DNA from: Aplysia californica
Lineage: Eukaryota
Reading direction: 5' to 3'
Length of the DNA stretch: 64,000 nucleotides
Assembly (NCBI RefSeq): GCF_000002075.1
Contig: NW_004797469.1
Location: 757,229 to 821,228 of the forward strand
Part shown: one piece after another, positions 39,346 to 52,696 of the stretch
Numbering within the stretch: the first letter of the stretch is position 1
Layout: the number at the start of each line of letters is the position of its first letter
Notes under the pieces: model-generated
What the model was told of the DNA's origin: nothing
Seen by the model: only the letters and a program-made list of their open reading frames with translations
Databases searched by the model: none
Program-made: the position numbers and the translations under genes

Positions 39346-41971
39346 GGCAGCCGGTATTTTCACGACATGTCAGGGAAAAAAAATTGAGGCACTTTTTCAT
39401 GACCTGTTTTACTCCTTGGACCAATCAGTAAACAGCTGGGTCATGCCAGGTCTGCCCTCTGCTGGCCATGCTTTTCTCTCTCTCTCTCTCTTTCTCTCAA
39501 TAAGAATGGCGGATGCAAATCCCCATCCCTTCAAAGCGGGACGAAATTTTTAAATCGTATCGTGAGTTTGAGGAAGAATTTTGAAAGTACTGCGGTACAA
39601 AGTATAATATTTTCTGCAAAAAATCCTTGAAATCAGTCACCCCCAAGAACAACACAATCAAAGACGAGTCGAAACACTGCATTACCTGGCGGAGTGGCAG
39701 TACTTCAAGTTCAACCTGTTCTTGATTTGTAAATTGATATGAAAGCTACGACAGAAGAGACACATCAAAGACACTGCACTAAGTTTTGATTTTACTTCCC
39801 TGGTGGTATATTTATTTGTAACATCAATTAAGAGGGTTGAAATCACATACATTATACACTGATCGATATTTTCATTCAAGGTTAGATCTTGAGTCTTCCT
39901 TACTTAATTAGATCTAGGCCTACCCCTTACTCTAAGAAACCCCTCGAGCTCTCTCTGGCTAAGCGGCAAACGATTACTGGCGATGGCTAGACCTAGAATC
40001 TAGGCCTACAAAAGCCTACTGTGACATAGATCTAGAACTTCCTGCGCATTTTTAAAAATTACATGTTCTTGTACTTGTAAAAAGGCTCTTCTTCATTAAG
40101 AGATGTGAAAGTAGAGCCCAGATGTAACACACATACTCGCCCGGGACCGCCCGGGAATTCCCTTACGCGCTCCACCCTGACTCGCCCGTGCCGACCTAGC
40201 GTCTTTAGAAACGAAGTCTTGCCTTGACGAGACTCTGGGGCCGAGATTTCGATTTGCATAGTTATTGCAAAAAGTTTCTTCTTTCATTTGATACCGAAAC
40301 GAAATTTTTCGGGCGCGTAGTTTTAGTATTAGAGCCGATAGAAGTGTGATCGCGTTATCGATACTTTGTAGGTGTCTCGACTTGTTGAAAAGCAACACAA
40401 TTGAGTTCGAAAAACTAAATAACGATGGATTTGAGCAAAAACTAGCATATGACAAATCAGATGACTCAGATTTTGATGAAAACGTAGTAGCAAGAGTTTG
40501 GGGCGATTCAGATTGATCAGACGTAGAAAATCTAGAATTTAGATCTAGGGCCCGACAGCGAGGCTGAGACTGAGAGTGACGGGTTGGACACCCCGATTGA
40601 ACCAAAGTTACAACATTTCCAACAGTACGCGCATACATAAGTTATATTTTTCTGAAACTACATTCATTATTAGTTTTAAATTTATTTTTTTCTGGATTTT
40701 TGGATTTTGTTAAGTATTTTTAAAATGCGTTTTTTAAAGGCTTGTATTCAAGGGAGGTGGGTTCCTTCCCCTTGCTTAGGATCTAACAATGGACTTCCCG
40801 TCCAGACCCTTAGGGTGTAATGTGTTAATGATAGATTTTTAAAGCTTTCCAAGGGTTGAAAATAACATTTTTCCATTGCCACTATTCAATTTGTCATCAC
40901 ATCTCTGACAGTAGGCTACGCAAATCCGGGAACATCATTCCTGACGGTACAATTATCACCAAGCCATCTAATAATTTTTTTCACCCTTTTTTACGCGTTC
41001 GATTTTTAATGTGTCAAAACCAAAGCCCAATTTCACTTTAAAAAAAAAAATCCTTTTCACGACTGAGCCGCACAGACGGACAATAGTTGAGTGAACGGGA
41101 ATAGGCCTACAACCAAAGATTCTCTCTTTGCTACAACTTACTGCTGAGGGTTAGATTCTAGATCTGCCGTCTGAGAAGCAAGAAAGCCTTCTTTCCTATT
41201 AAACAACTCTCATCCTGATTTCTCCTCCTTTTTTTGTGTTTGTTACTCTCTTGTAACACCTAAACTTCAGCACTTATATGATCTTATTGTGTTGCAAGTG
41301 CCGTAAAACTCTTACTAAAACTAAACGTGCTGCCATCGTACTGACAAAGTGTTGCGAGAACAGACAGTCAGAGAAATGAAAGAAGGGCCTCGGTGTGACT
41401 AACTTTACTTCAAAGAGTTTCAAGCCAATTCCGGTGAAAATTTGCACAAAACGAAACAAAGGTCGGCTGCATGGTAAGAGTCAGTTCACCCAGTGTTTGC
41501 ATGCATACTTCGCAGAGGAAAAAATGAGAAACTTGTGCTCGCAGGGGGTGCGCGAACTGCCTCTCGGGAAAATATTGGTGCTCGCAAATGCTGCGTGAAA
41601 CATCTCCAATGAATGCGGAGTATATAGATGATGACGCCGCAAGTACAGAATTTCGGGATGTAGGCTACGGGTTTCGCAAGGGAAAGTTGGAAGCACTCTT
41701 GGCACCCATCGCAAATCCGGTAGTTTGACACATTAATCAGAATGGCGGTAGAACAGGTCCAAAATCGGAAACTAGATCTAGATCTACCACCAAAAAAACC
41801 CCCAAAAACCTCCAGTATTTTAGCTAATACTAAAAGGCCTAGACCTCTGTGGTAAGAGCCAGTATGCCTTCAACATGTCGTGAAAACGCACGTAAATTCT
41901 TTTTCCACGACAAGCCGTGAAAAGGCGCATACATTTTTCCCCCATGAGATGTTGTGAAAATACCGGCTGCC
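39346..41971. mobile_element. 2.6-kb non-autonomous TIR element
   Basis: TIRs ggcagccggtattttcacgacat / atgttgtgaaaataccggctgcc (1 mismatch in 23); left flank TTAA. Confidence 0.8.
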
Positions 41972-42141
41972 TTTCCGTTATCATGTGCTGAAAATTTCAT
42001 AAAGATTGGGGTATATTTGCCAAGATACAGGTATAGTAGTGATGTACCCCATCTGCATCCTGGTACGTGGGGACAAAGGTTGTGCGCTTTGCATGCTGGG
42101 TGGGTGGAAAGTGTTATACATGAGAACCAAGCATGTCTTAC

Positions 42142-42236
42142 CTGAATTTTGGGTTGTCCTTTGAAACAATCCCAACCTCAATCTCAGCGGCCTTGAAGTC
42201 AGCTGATAGCACCGTAGACAGACAAGTGATCGCCAT
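42142..42236 (-). CDS. PSMA6: PSMA6 exon 6
   Basis: ttttcag|...|gtaag; [32 protein letters not shown]. Confidence 0.95.
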
Positions 42237-43642
42237 CTGAAAATTTGAGGATAAAGTGGAAACTTTTTAACACATTCCAGTCTATATTGACCACTGTTGG
42301 CAAACCCTCGTGTGCCCCTAGATTTGATTGACCATTGCTGCTTAATAGTTTCATACTCTCCATTTCCCTGTAACTAATTATAAAGGACAAATTGTTTTCC
42401 AATGTTAACATGATTTTTGGAAGGTGAAATCAACTGGTTTCTTCATATTATATTTTTAAATACACTATTGGGCATATAGAAAGAAAGTTATCTTTAAACC
42501 TGATGATTTTGTCCACCAATCTCTTGAATATTTTCACCCAAGGGTCAAGTTTGTATCTTCAAATTATCAATTTGACAGTGATCTCTATATATGGTTATAA
42601 CAATGTAGGATAAAATGAACTAGATGATAATGTAATCAACTAAAGAAGACATGGGCCAAGAAAAAGAAAAAGATAAATCAAGAACTGACCAGTGGACCGT
42701 CCTTGACCAACTGGAAAATGGGGACAAGCCCAAAAACATCAACTGTTATTTGAATGAATTATAACTGTAATCTATAATTATCTATCATCTGCATTTTATT
42801 TATCAAGTTTCTTTTGTTGACAATGTTTTTTTTTCTTAATGCTTTATTTGAGGAAAGGGTGTCATTTTTCAGAACAAAGCCACATGGGAATAAGTTAATT
42901 TAAGAACAAACAGAATATGGATGATACAAAAACAGATGAAAACCAAAAGAAAATGGACTCTCCGCTTTTTTTTAAATTCTATGTCCGTAAGAAAACCATC
43001 GATAAGCCAAAATGCCTCTACATGTACTTCTAACTGGCAACCCTCAGCAACCCTCAAGTAACACACATAAATCCAAGTCTTATGCATTTAAAGATGGTGA
43101 AACAGACAAAAGAGACACAAAAACGCATACGTGGTGATTGCAAGCCAAAGAGAGGTATCGCCAGGGTACTGTTCGCCTATTTTTATTTAACAAATCAATT
43201 GACCAATACAGTGTGCTCAAGACCATGTCAAACAACCTATTGCGCTTAAAATTATGTGTTGAATTTGAACTGACAATGTTGAATTTGAACTCCCTATTGT
43301 TACATTTGACAGCACTACTTTGATATTTGAACTTTCCAGTGTTACATTAAATTGCTCCCTCTATTTTGATGTTTCAATTTTCTATGTTGAATAAATTTTG
43401 ATATGTTACGGTTGAACTCTCTATTTTGATATTTGAACAGAACAGATGGAACGAAAAATTAAAAAATTAATATATCCCGATTCAATCGGGATGAGTGGTA
43501 GGTTTGGCTTACATTTAAACACCTCTTTTCCTGTCCAGTGCACCATGATACATGACTTGGCCTCTCTATCTCCAAACAATCAAAATTCTCCAAAACACAC
43601 ACATTTACGACCAGTTTTCCTCCTCTTTTTTGTTTTAATTAC

Positions 43643-43821
43643 CTCAACAGCTTCATTGTCCGTGAACTCATTTTTCTTCTTGATTTTCTTTTCCAAGAAA
43701 CTGTTTGCCTCTAGCTGTTTGACCCCAGCAGCTGTGGCCTTGAATCCACAATAATATCCAGCCGGATCTGTCTTGTACACTTGTGGGCCATACTCCTCAT
43801 CATAACCAATCAGGATCATGC
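43643..43821 (-). CDS. PSMA6: PSMA6 exon 5
   Basis: [60 protein letters not shown]; GT-AG. Confidence 0.97.
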
Positions 43822-44470
43822 CTGAGAAGATGAAGCAAGATGAGAATCATTAAAATTTTCCAACAATATTTTTTCTTCTTTGATATCATCAAGACACCAA
43901 AACTTGCTATTGACTCCTAAGCTGATGGATAGATTAATTTATTTAGACGGATATTTAAACCTACATGGTTCGCAAACTTTTGGCAAAAATGAGTGGTAAA
44001 TCTTGTATCATACTTGAAAATAACAGATGTGAAAGACAGCAGCAAAGTGCGTAACCTCTTCGCTGCCGCACCCGTAGAATTTCTGGGCCCGAACCACGTA
44101 GGGCTGTGCCTATGGCCCGTAGAATTTACGGGACTATGACAGAGGTTGTTTTGACACCAATTATAAGGGAAGTTACAGCTAAAATCTTGTAACTATTATT
44201 GAGGTACCTTCCCTTTATGTTTCCCACCAAGAAGTTGCATCATGTATCAGTGTAACCCCCATCCCTGTACTAGAGAGACTTGAGTCAGTCCTGCAGCCTA
44301 AGGACACGAGCAGAATTAAATATTTAGGAACACTCATCTCAGTAAAGCAAAGCAAAACCAGTAGTGCATAGTGACAAGACACAGCACTCAGAAAAATATA
44401 TACTTCTACTTCTACCAGTGAAGGCTGACAAGACTTTTTCTAGAGCATCAAGTAAGAAATGTGAGCGTAC

Positions 44471-44626
44471 AGCAGCCAAGAGGTCTCATTTCTGCACTCT
44501 GAGTGTAGACTTGGTTGATGTCAGCTATTCTCTTGCACAGCATGTCCACAGGGATATCATAGCCATACTTGTACTTCCAGGAAGAAGCTTCATATCTGGC
44601 ACGCTGCACTTGAGATTTGCTGTCGG
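44471..44626 (-). CDS. PSMA6: PSMA6 exon 4
   Basis: [52 protein letters not shown]; GT-AG. Confidence 0.97.
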
Positions 44627-46775
44627 CTGTGAGCAGTAAAAGGAAACAAAAAGAGAAACACAAGGATAAAACCTTCCAAGCAAAGGTCAAACTGAGACGA
44701 AAGTGCAAAGAGGTGGCTGTAATATCCACCTTTGTTATTATCAGGACTTATGAATTCAAACTTTCCTATATTACTTCCTATAGCAAAGACAAAATAAATC
44801 TGTCTTAAGATATTGCATAAATGTCCACGTTGCTATGGTAAAGGTGGCCATTTAGAAAATAAACACAAAACGTAAATTAAGTTCAGCTGGAAAACTATTC
44901 CACTTAGGAAGATTAAAAATGCTACAAAACATTCAATACAGTGTAAATCTGGGTCCCTCATAACTATATAATTTTGAAAAAAAGTAAAGATTTTTCCTTT
45001 CTTTTTTTGTTGTTGAATTTTTTAAATTTTTAAATTTTTACAATTTAGGTGGTTAAATTTTATTTTAATCAATTTTGCTTTACGGAAAGGCCTGAATTTT
45101 TTTCGCTTGATAAGTCATTGGGGAAAAACTTTATTTATTACATTTTACACTTTATCGTAATATGAGCGAAGTTTGTAGGCTAGAAATGTGATGGTTTTTT
45201 TTTAGCTGAACTAACTCTATGACATCAACCTCTCAGAAAATCATCCATAAGGTTTTAGCATGGAAACTAACAACACAAACAAGTACTGTACAAAGAAAAA
45301 AACTTTAAAATGCTTTTTATAGTGTACTGCCGTCATTGGAAGCTGTTGGAATCGATTCTAGGGGTTATGAAAATAAAAGACAAATAAATTTTTTAAATGA
45401 CATATTCCACCCCAATCGGTGAATATCAGCCAAAACCTCAGCCCCCTTAACTGATTCCGTCCATTCGGCCGCTGACAGCGGCTCTGAGTTTTTCCGCTGC
45501 CTCCATTCGACCGCTGTGAGTGGCTCAACAAAATTCGAAACAAATGTTCACTTTTTAACATAGTTCCTACTTTTTAAGTTGTCGAAAGGAAGTAGAACTT
45601 GTGAACAAACCTGACATCAATCTCTGAGCGCCAATATCGATCGAAACTCCACGAAATTCTTGAAAAAATAATTGTTTTGTTGTCGCTATGTAGGCTAGAT
45701 CTAAGGGTAAACAACACGGAGCCTGGTATAATAAAAAGGCCCTTCAAAGAAAGATATTCAACTAAATTTGTGAAATTCTTGCATAAATGTGTGCTAGGGT
45801 GATATCGCTACAATTTTGTGTTGATTCCTATGGATTATAAGGACTTGTAGAGCTGAGAAAATGCGGTAAGTCAAAATTTTCTAAGAGCTGTTGCCCAATT
45901 TTTTTTTCGCTTTCGTTTTTGTCTGAAGGAAAATGCAATACAAACAGATTATAGGTCATTGTTATCGATATAAACAGATTCTTTTATTGATTCCCATCAG
46001 TTTGGTATATGACAATACATATTAGAGTAACTTAGAGCTTCACAGTAATGCATTAAATAGATGCACCCCAGGTCTAAAACTGAACAGGTAAAAATTCTGT
46101 CCAGAGCCTGAAAAAATCATGGACGGAATCAGTTAAGATAATTGACACCTATGTCATATATGGCAAATAGTGATTTATCTAAGTGTGAGATATTGTCTGA
46201 GGAAAAAGCAATACACACCTAGAGTAGGGAAAGAATAATAAAGTCTTGTTATTCTGAATAATCTCTTCAAAATATGATTTTTTAAAATACAGAGCAGTTC
46301 TGGCAGCCTTTAAAGATAAGTGCTTTTAGTTTTAGTAAGAGTTTTACGGCACTTGAAAAACAGTAAGGTCATAAAAGTGCCGAAGATTAGAAGTGTTACA
46401 AGAGCTTAGAGAGTAAGTAACACAAAAAAAAGGAGGAGAGATACGGATGACAGATGTTTGATAGGAAAGAAGGAGTAAACCACACCAGAGCACCCACCAA
46501 CCACTTGCAGGGGATGTGTGCTCCAGACCTGTAGTAGTGGAAGGGTGGCTGCAACAGTTGCCAAATCCAGACTGAGTTTGTTGGAGTAAAGAGATACACA
46601 TAGAAACAAAAACAGTCATTTAGAGCAGAGTAAAAGTAAGATATTCAGACCGAAATAACAGAAGCAATGAGAAAGAAAATACATTGTACTTACAAGTGGG
46701 GCTGCAGATGGAACAAGTTAGTGACCGACAAGAGAAATAGTGAGTGAAAGGAGCTTCTTATAAGGACATTCTTAC

Positions 46776-46857
46776 CAATCATTCCCGTCATGACACATCC
46801 TATCGTGTCTGTTAACTTGTACAGATGTGATACCGTTTCTGCATCCAACAGTTTGTC
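46776..46857 (-). CDS. PSMA6: PSMA6 exon 3
   Basis: [27 protein letters not shown]; GT-AG. Confidence 0.96.
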
Positions 46858-47000
46858 CTGAGAAAAAAGCATAAAAAAGGCTTACATTACGAAACTTGTC
46901 AAAGGTACGTGTTGGTACTTCAATCTTTCCAGTAAGTGTTGATATAATCTGATCATTGTCAGCTTGCTGAACAAATGAAAGAGTCAATAGAGAAGTGAGA

Positions 47001-47518
47001 GGGGCTCTCGGGGCCTAGAGATTAAGGTGTTGGCCTCTCATTCAAAGGTCCCGGGTTCGAATCCGAGTAGCGACCAAAAATTTTCTTCTCTAAAATTGTC
47101 TCCTTTCATCTCCCTTCTCGCTCTCTAGCAATGCTTTCGTCTCCTCTTTCTGCCCCCACCCCCTCACCTCCTTTGTCCCCTCCTCTGGGCTCCTGACTCT
47201 TTCTGCAGCCTTTCTACTGCTACTCCTTGGCTCCTTACTGCAGTCTTTCAGCCACACCTCTCATCTTCCGGTAGGAAAGATCTACATCCAGCCTTCTCGG
47301 ACAAGGGCTAAAAATCTTGTAGAGCCCGTGTGAAAGTTGCACACATTAAAGATCTCTTGGTAGTCTAAAATCGAAAAGAGTAGGCTTCGGCCGCCACCTG
47401 GGCAAAATTCAAAATGTCCCACCAACTGAAAACGTTTAATGTGTCCCGCGTGCTCATATGACCTTATGCAGCTGAGAGCGCCGTAAAACACTTACCCCCC
47501 AAAAAAAAGAAAAAAAAA
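47001..47518 (+). mobile_element. SINE family A, full length
   Basis: ggggctctcggggcctagag...ggttcgaatcc head; hairpin tail plus A-rich end. Confidence 0.9.
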
Positions 47519-48204
47519 GAGAACTTAGAAAGAAAGCCCAATGCCAGTGAAATCGCAAAACTCCACTAGTGCCATTAAATTAAATCATGTGTAGGGTGAG
47601 CAAACAAATGTTCATTCGCGATCCTTTACCTCACTAGGCCTAATGATGTGCATGATAAACGTAGGCAAACGGCAAACAGTACACTGATTATGCCTCTCTC
47701 AGGCCCATAATCCACATGTGTGAGCTTTCAATTTCATGTCTCAGGGCTTGAAGGGGTTTCAACTCCCAACCGATTGAGTGGCACGGGCCGTGCCACCCTC
47801 CCGTCTAAGAGGAAAACCGGGGCCAAAGAGGCGTGTTGGTGAGGGATAGTCCGTAGACTGATCTCACCTCAACCGCCAGGTACACGGTTTCCCTCCGCAC
47901 GGGTCGCACCTCACGGTCAACAAGGTGCCCACTCTGTGGATGGGTGACCTCTCTTTTTGATGCACATGAGGTCAGCAGAGGGACTAAAGATAGAAGAAGA
48001 AAGAAAGAAGGAAGGAGAAGAGGAAGACACACCAAAGTCGGTGTCGCATCCGGATCCCAGAGGGTTGGGGTCCGTGTGCGACACCTCGCATTTGAAGGGG
48101 TTACACACCTCTATTTATATCCCCCCGACACACTGGGGGTAAAATCAAACTTGACATACAGAGTATGAACAAATGAACATAAGTAAAAAAGGCAAAGATG
48201 GTTA

Positions 48205-48369
<165 letters not shown>

Positions 48370-48398
48370 TCAAAATCAACTTTTTATGGCCATAAATA

Positions 48399-48760
48399 CA
48401 GTCGAACCTGTGTAAGACGGCCACCATTTGTCAAGGAGAAAACTGACTGTATAAGACAGGTGGCCGTCTTAGGCAGGACTGATCAAGATGAAGAAAACAA
48501 ACCATTCCTTTCTGAGGTCCCAACCGAAGGTTGCAACATTGTTGTTGTTTTCTTGGTTTGTTTTTAGTTTGCTTGTTTTTATTTTGTTGCTCATTTTGTG
48601 CAAGGGTGACAATAAAACGAAATGTGTCAGACGAGTAAGATCGAGTGCCATGGTAAAACAAACAAATGGGTCACCATCACTCGACCCGGAGAACAAGCGA
48701 CACTTCCTTCGCAAGTTCACATTGACGTCCTTTGTTACTGACTGGGTAAACAGTGGTAAT
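48399..48760. mobile_element. MITE of the CAGTCGAACCTG family
   Basis: TA|cagtcgaacctgtgtaagacggccacc...ggtggccgtcttaggcagg fold-back; shares interior with 3460-3700. Confidence 0.65.
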
Positions 48761-50109
48761 TTTAAGTTGGTATGTAAAAAGTACTAGTCGCAGTGACCTG
48801 AAATTTTACAGCAATAAAGAAGACAAGTGGGGCGCCTGTGTGAACAATGCGCCCATTGACCCAGTGCATGTGCAATCCCCAATGCGCCAATTGACGTCCG
48901 ACGTAATCGGTTGCTGATAAGTTTCGCATCTCAGCACAGACGTAGGAGAAGAGTTAAAATCCTGCACTTTAGGCCTATCACTGTGTCCAGAGAGACGCTA
49001 GAGTCTAGATCTAGAAATCTACATCTACCACAAAAGACTGCACGATACAATTTGCGGGACTCTTCGGGAGAAGTGGTCCCGGCCTAACTCCATAGACATC
49101 TATACATTACGTACACAATCGGAAACAAAACTGGAAGTTGCCTTAAAAAAAGCCTGTGGCTATGCGTACGGCACCATACGCCGTAAAGCTTCATAGCTAT
49201 GCGTACGGCCCTCCCTCCCATACACATAGCCTCGTGGCTATGCGTACGGCCCTCCCTTCGTACGGCCCTTAGATTCAGAGAAGTATGCTCCCCGCCTTGA
49301 TAATCGCTCAGCAGGACCGCGTCACTTTATCAATCGATATCTTGGCCAAGATAAAGATTGTGTATAACAAGATAGTTCACTCCTCTATAATTGAGCCAAT
49401 TAAAAAAGTGTCCTCAATATTCGGTGGCGCCCTCTTAAAAAAAGTGCGGACTTTGCGATCAGAGTTACCCTACTTGTGTGAAAATATATATAAAAGTCAA
49501 ATTAACAAGCTGGGCTATTCCTATTCTTCTTTTCGAGTGAGACGAAAGAGAGCTTCAAAACAAAACTGCAGCATCATCTGAACCAATGTGCGGACTTCCG
49601 CAGACACCCTTTTGGCTGAGTGAACTATTTTGTTATGTTTGATCTTTGGCCAAGAGACGCTCTACGTGGTCCAGATAACTTGCAAAGTCATTGGTCACTA
49701 TTTATAACTTTGACCCGTAATTTACTACGTCATTTTCCATATAAGGAATACTGAAAGTTTCCATTGAAAAAAGGTCAGCGTCTATGCCCTTTATAGCTGC
49801 GTGATTCCAAATCGAAGTAGGTCATCCCTATAATAGGGCCTGCGCGCTTCCTGGGTAGCCCAGCTCACTGTAAGATTAAGAACGCTGATGCTTGAAATTG
49901 AAACACGGTAAACACAAAGACAGTAAACCCGCATGAAAATTGCTGTAAAGACACTGGAGGATTAGATCTAGATCTACCCCCCCCCCCTCTCCAGCATTCT
50001 TCATCACTAATATACATTAAAAAACAAACAAACTTCAAAGCAGCTCTACAAATTATAATTTAAGGTACTGTTGGTCAGTCGGGAGGAGGAGAAGAGAAAA
50101 AAAGAAAGG

Positions 50110-50520
50110 CCACCTCTAATAGCGCAGGTGAGTCTTTTGGCTATTCTCACCCGGTGTGCGTTCACCATGTTATAGCCTTCGCCAACCAGTGTAGCGTTCA
50201 CCCTGAACCACAGAATTCTACACAGTGATAACAGAATTGTAGAATTCTGTGCCGTGAACAAACGTTCAATTACTACTGTTAGCCTAAAAGCGTGCAATTT
50301 TGTCTGTGGGCAGTGGAGAGAGAGAGAGAGAGAGGAGTAGGCCTAGCGCGAGAACTTCCGGGCAAAACAAAATGGCGACCCGCGTAGTTCGGCTCAATTC
50401 GAAAAGTTAAATAGCATTAGCATCTTTGTAGACGACCAAATTAATTTACTTTTGTGTTTTAACATCATTTTTTAACTTTGCTTTGGTCAATTTGATTGTC
50501 TACACCGAGAGACAGTATTC

Positions 50521-50561
<41 letters not shown>

Positions 50562-50860
50562 GAGTAGATCTAGCGAGAACTTCCCGGCAAAACAAAATGG
50601 CGACCCGCTTAGTTCGGCTCGATTAGAAAAATTAAATAGCCATAGCATCTTTGTAGACGACCAAATTATCTTACTTTTGTGCTATAATGTCATTTTTTCA
50701 AGGCTTTTATCAAGATCATCCACACCGAGAGACAGCATTCTGAAATGAGGAAAAACAGGTCTTGATTCACACCAGGTGAGAATAGCCAACGCTGGCAAGT
50801 CTCACCCGGGGTGAGAGGTCGATCGTATTTTTATTCTCACCCCGGGTAAGGATAGCCACT
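50110..50860. mobile_element. Repeat family E with internal tandem duplication of about 230 bp
   Basis: ggctattctcacccggtg / caccaggtgagaatagcc inverted motifs; two units of (GA)n...gagaacttcc...aaaatggcgacccg; single-unit copy at about 56950-57525. Confidence 0.75.
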
Positions 50861-50995
50861 TCCAAAAAAAACCCAACTATCCGGGACCGGAATCAAACCG
50901 CTCCAAAAATCATTGCATGACTTCAAACGCAGACGTGCTGTCTCTTCGGCCATTAGAACTTCCGAGAGCGAGGTGTAGATCTAGATTAAGCATGA

Positions 50996-51175
50996 GGAGG
51001 ACTTCCGTAACGAGAGACCACTATGAGACAGAGTAGAACAGAGGGGCAGGGGATAGGGGTAGGGTTAGGGTTTAGGTTTAAGTTTAGGTTTGGGGTAGGG
51101 GTAGGAGTAGTGTTAGGGAGTCTCTTCTTTGTTGTAGTGTTTGTTGGGGTGGTCGCTCGTTACGGAAGTCCTTCC
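50996..51175. mobile_element. 180-bp MITE with 8-bp TSD and telomere-like core
   Basis: aagcatga|ggaggacttccgtaacgagagaccac ... gtggtcgctcgttacggaagtccttcc|aagcatga. Confidence 0.88.
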
Positions 51176-51732
51176 AAGCATGATATATAGTCTAGACATT
51201 TCCATCTTTAGTGCAATGCGGTTGGCTATACTTAGATGTAGTCACGTGATGGGAGGGGTATCCTGGTCTGACGTCAAACAAGATGGGCGCCTTACCTAAA
51301 AATAGTTTGCGTCTTTCTACGTTTCTAGATCTAGGAAATCCGAAATGTTACCGAAAACACATTGTTCGATGTGGGTATCCCAGGAAGTGATGACATCGCA
51401 GTACTAAAATTAGCAGCCAATCAGAAAGATGCGTCTTTTCTTCGTTTAACGGCATGTCTAAAATAATGGAGTTAGGCCGGGACCACTTCTCCCGAAGAGT
51501 GCCCAATTTGCGTAAGACCTGAAATCCCTGTCCTTTTTGGGAGAAAATAGGGCCAGTTTATTTATTTTCTAAATTCTCTAGGCCTACACTGGCTGGTAGG
51601 CTGCTATTTATTGTTTGTAGATCTATATCTAGATATAGTCTCTAGATCAAGATCTAGATTTCTAGTTTCCAAAGGCCAAAGCCAAAGAGATCTCAAAGAG
51701 TCAATCCCCGCTATCGACAATAGGTCAAGTTA

Positions 51733-51843
<111 letters not shown>

Positions 51844-52696
51844 TTAGAAAGTAAACAAAAGTTGAGTGACTGAGTATCCCTTTACTTCCTTAGCAGTACA
51901 CTGATGGTTTGGCCGCCGTGACTAAGCTCAACAAAGTACTGATCGTTTAAAAACACAACCCATTTCGCAGCATAACGAAGTAATGATTTGTCAGCAGGAA
52001 AGGACCACATATTTAAAGAAAAAAATATATTGCATGCAATATTACTTTCAAAATAATACTTTAGATACTAAAAATATGATCAGTTATAGAATAAACGTAA
52101 ATTTATAGTATTTGATTTTTTTCTGCGTATTACAAAAATTGTTTTACAGTCAACCGCTAAAGCTCATTGCTGGTTTGTGTAGCAATCAACCGCATTTTCG
52201 TACTCCAATTGTTTATGCCACGACACAGGTCGCGGGTACGAGTAACAGGAAAATCAGTAGTAGTAAAGATACTTGTTACTTGTTATGGGTAATACTTCAT
52301 AGCAAAAAGGTGCAACGGAGCACGCTCACAGCTTTGCACCTCTAAGAACATCCTTAATAGCACATTTCGCTGAAACAGGGAGGGCATTTTGCAAAGCCTG
52401 ATTGTGACTGTGGTGAGTAGTCTAGTGTCCACAGTGAGTTAGATTCTAGGCCTACCCCTCACCTTCCCCTCACTCCTTGCAAGAACTTTGCAAAACTTAC
52501 GTTTCCAGCATAATCAAATATCAGACCATAATATTACCATGATTATTAAAAGCAAGTGGCTATTCTCTGGCGCAGCGTTGGTCAATAGATCGATGGCTAT
52601 TCTCCGGCGCCACGTAGGCTATAGTCTAGATCTAGAATCTAGATCTAGTTGCGCAGTGCTTCTCTCCAGCTTTCCATCTTCCCCTGTCGGCACGTA

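Larger units (their letters stand above)
49056..51503. mobile_element. TIR element with 8-bp TSD (Merlin-like) containing nested insertions
   Basis: caatttgc|gggactcttcgggagaagtggtcccggcctaactccat ... atggagttaggccgggaccacttctcccgaagagtgcc|caatttgc. Confidence 0.85.

Noticed and set aside
40096-40638. 180-aa minus-strand ORF
   Set aside because: Lies inside a TIR element, with no recognisable domain or splice support
47001-47075. tRNA-like sequence with A/B boxes (also at about 10090-10160, 28670-28744 and 62875-62949)
   Set aside because: SINE heads, with a shared body, tail and TSDs; not tRNA genes
49145-49270. Spaced ggctatgcgtacggc repeats resembling a CRISPR array (also 53850-53940)
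   Set aside because: Eukaryotic context, irregular short spacing, no cas genes; these are transposon subterminal repeats
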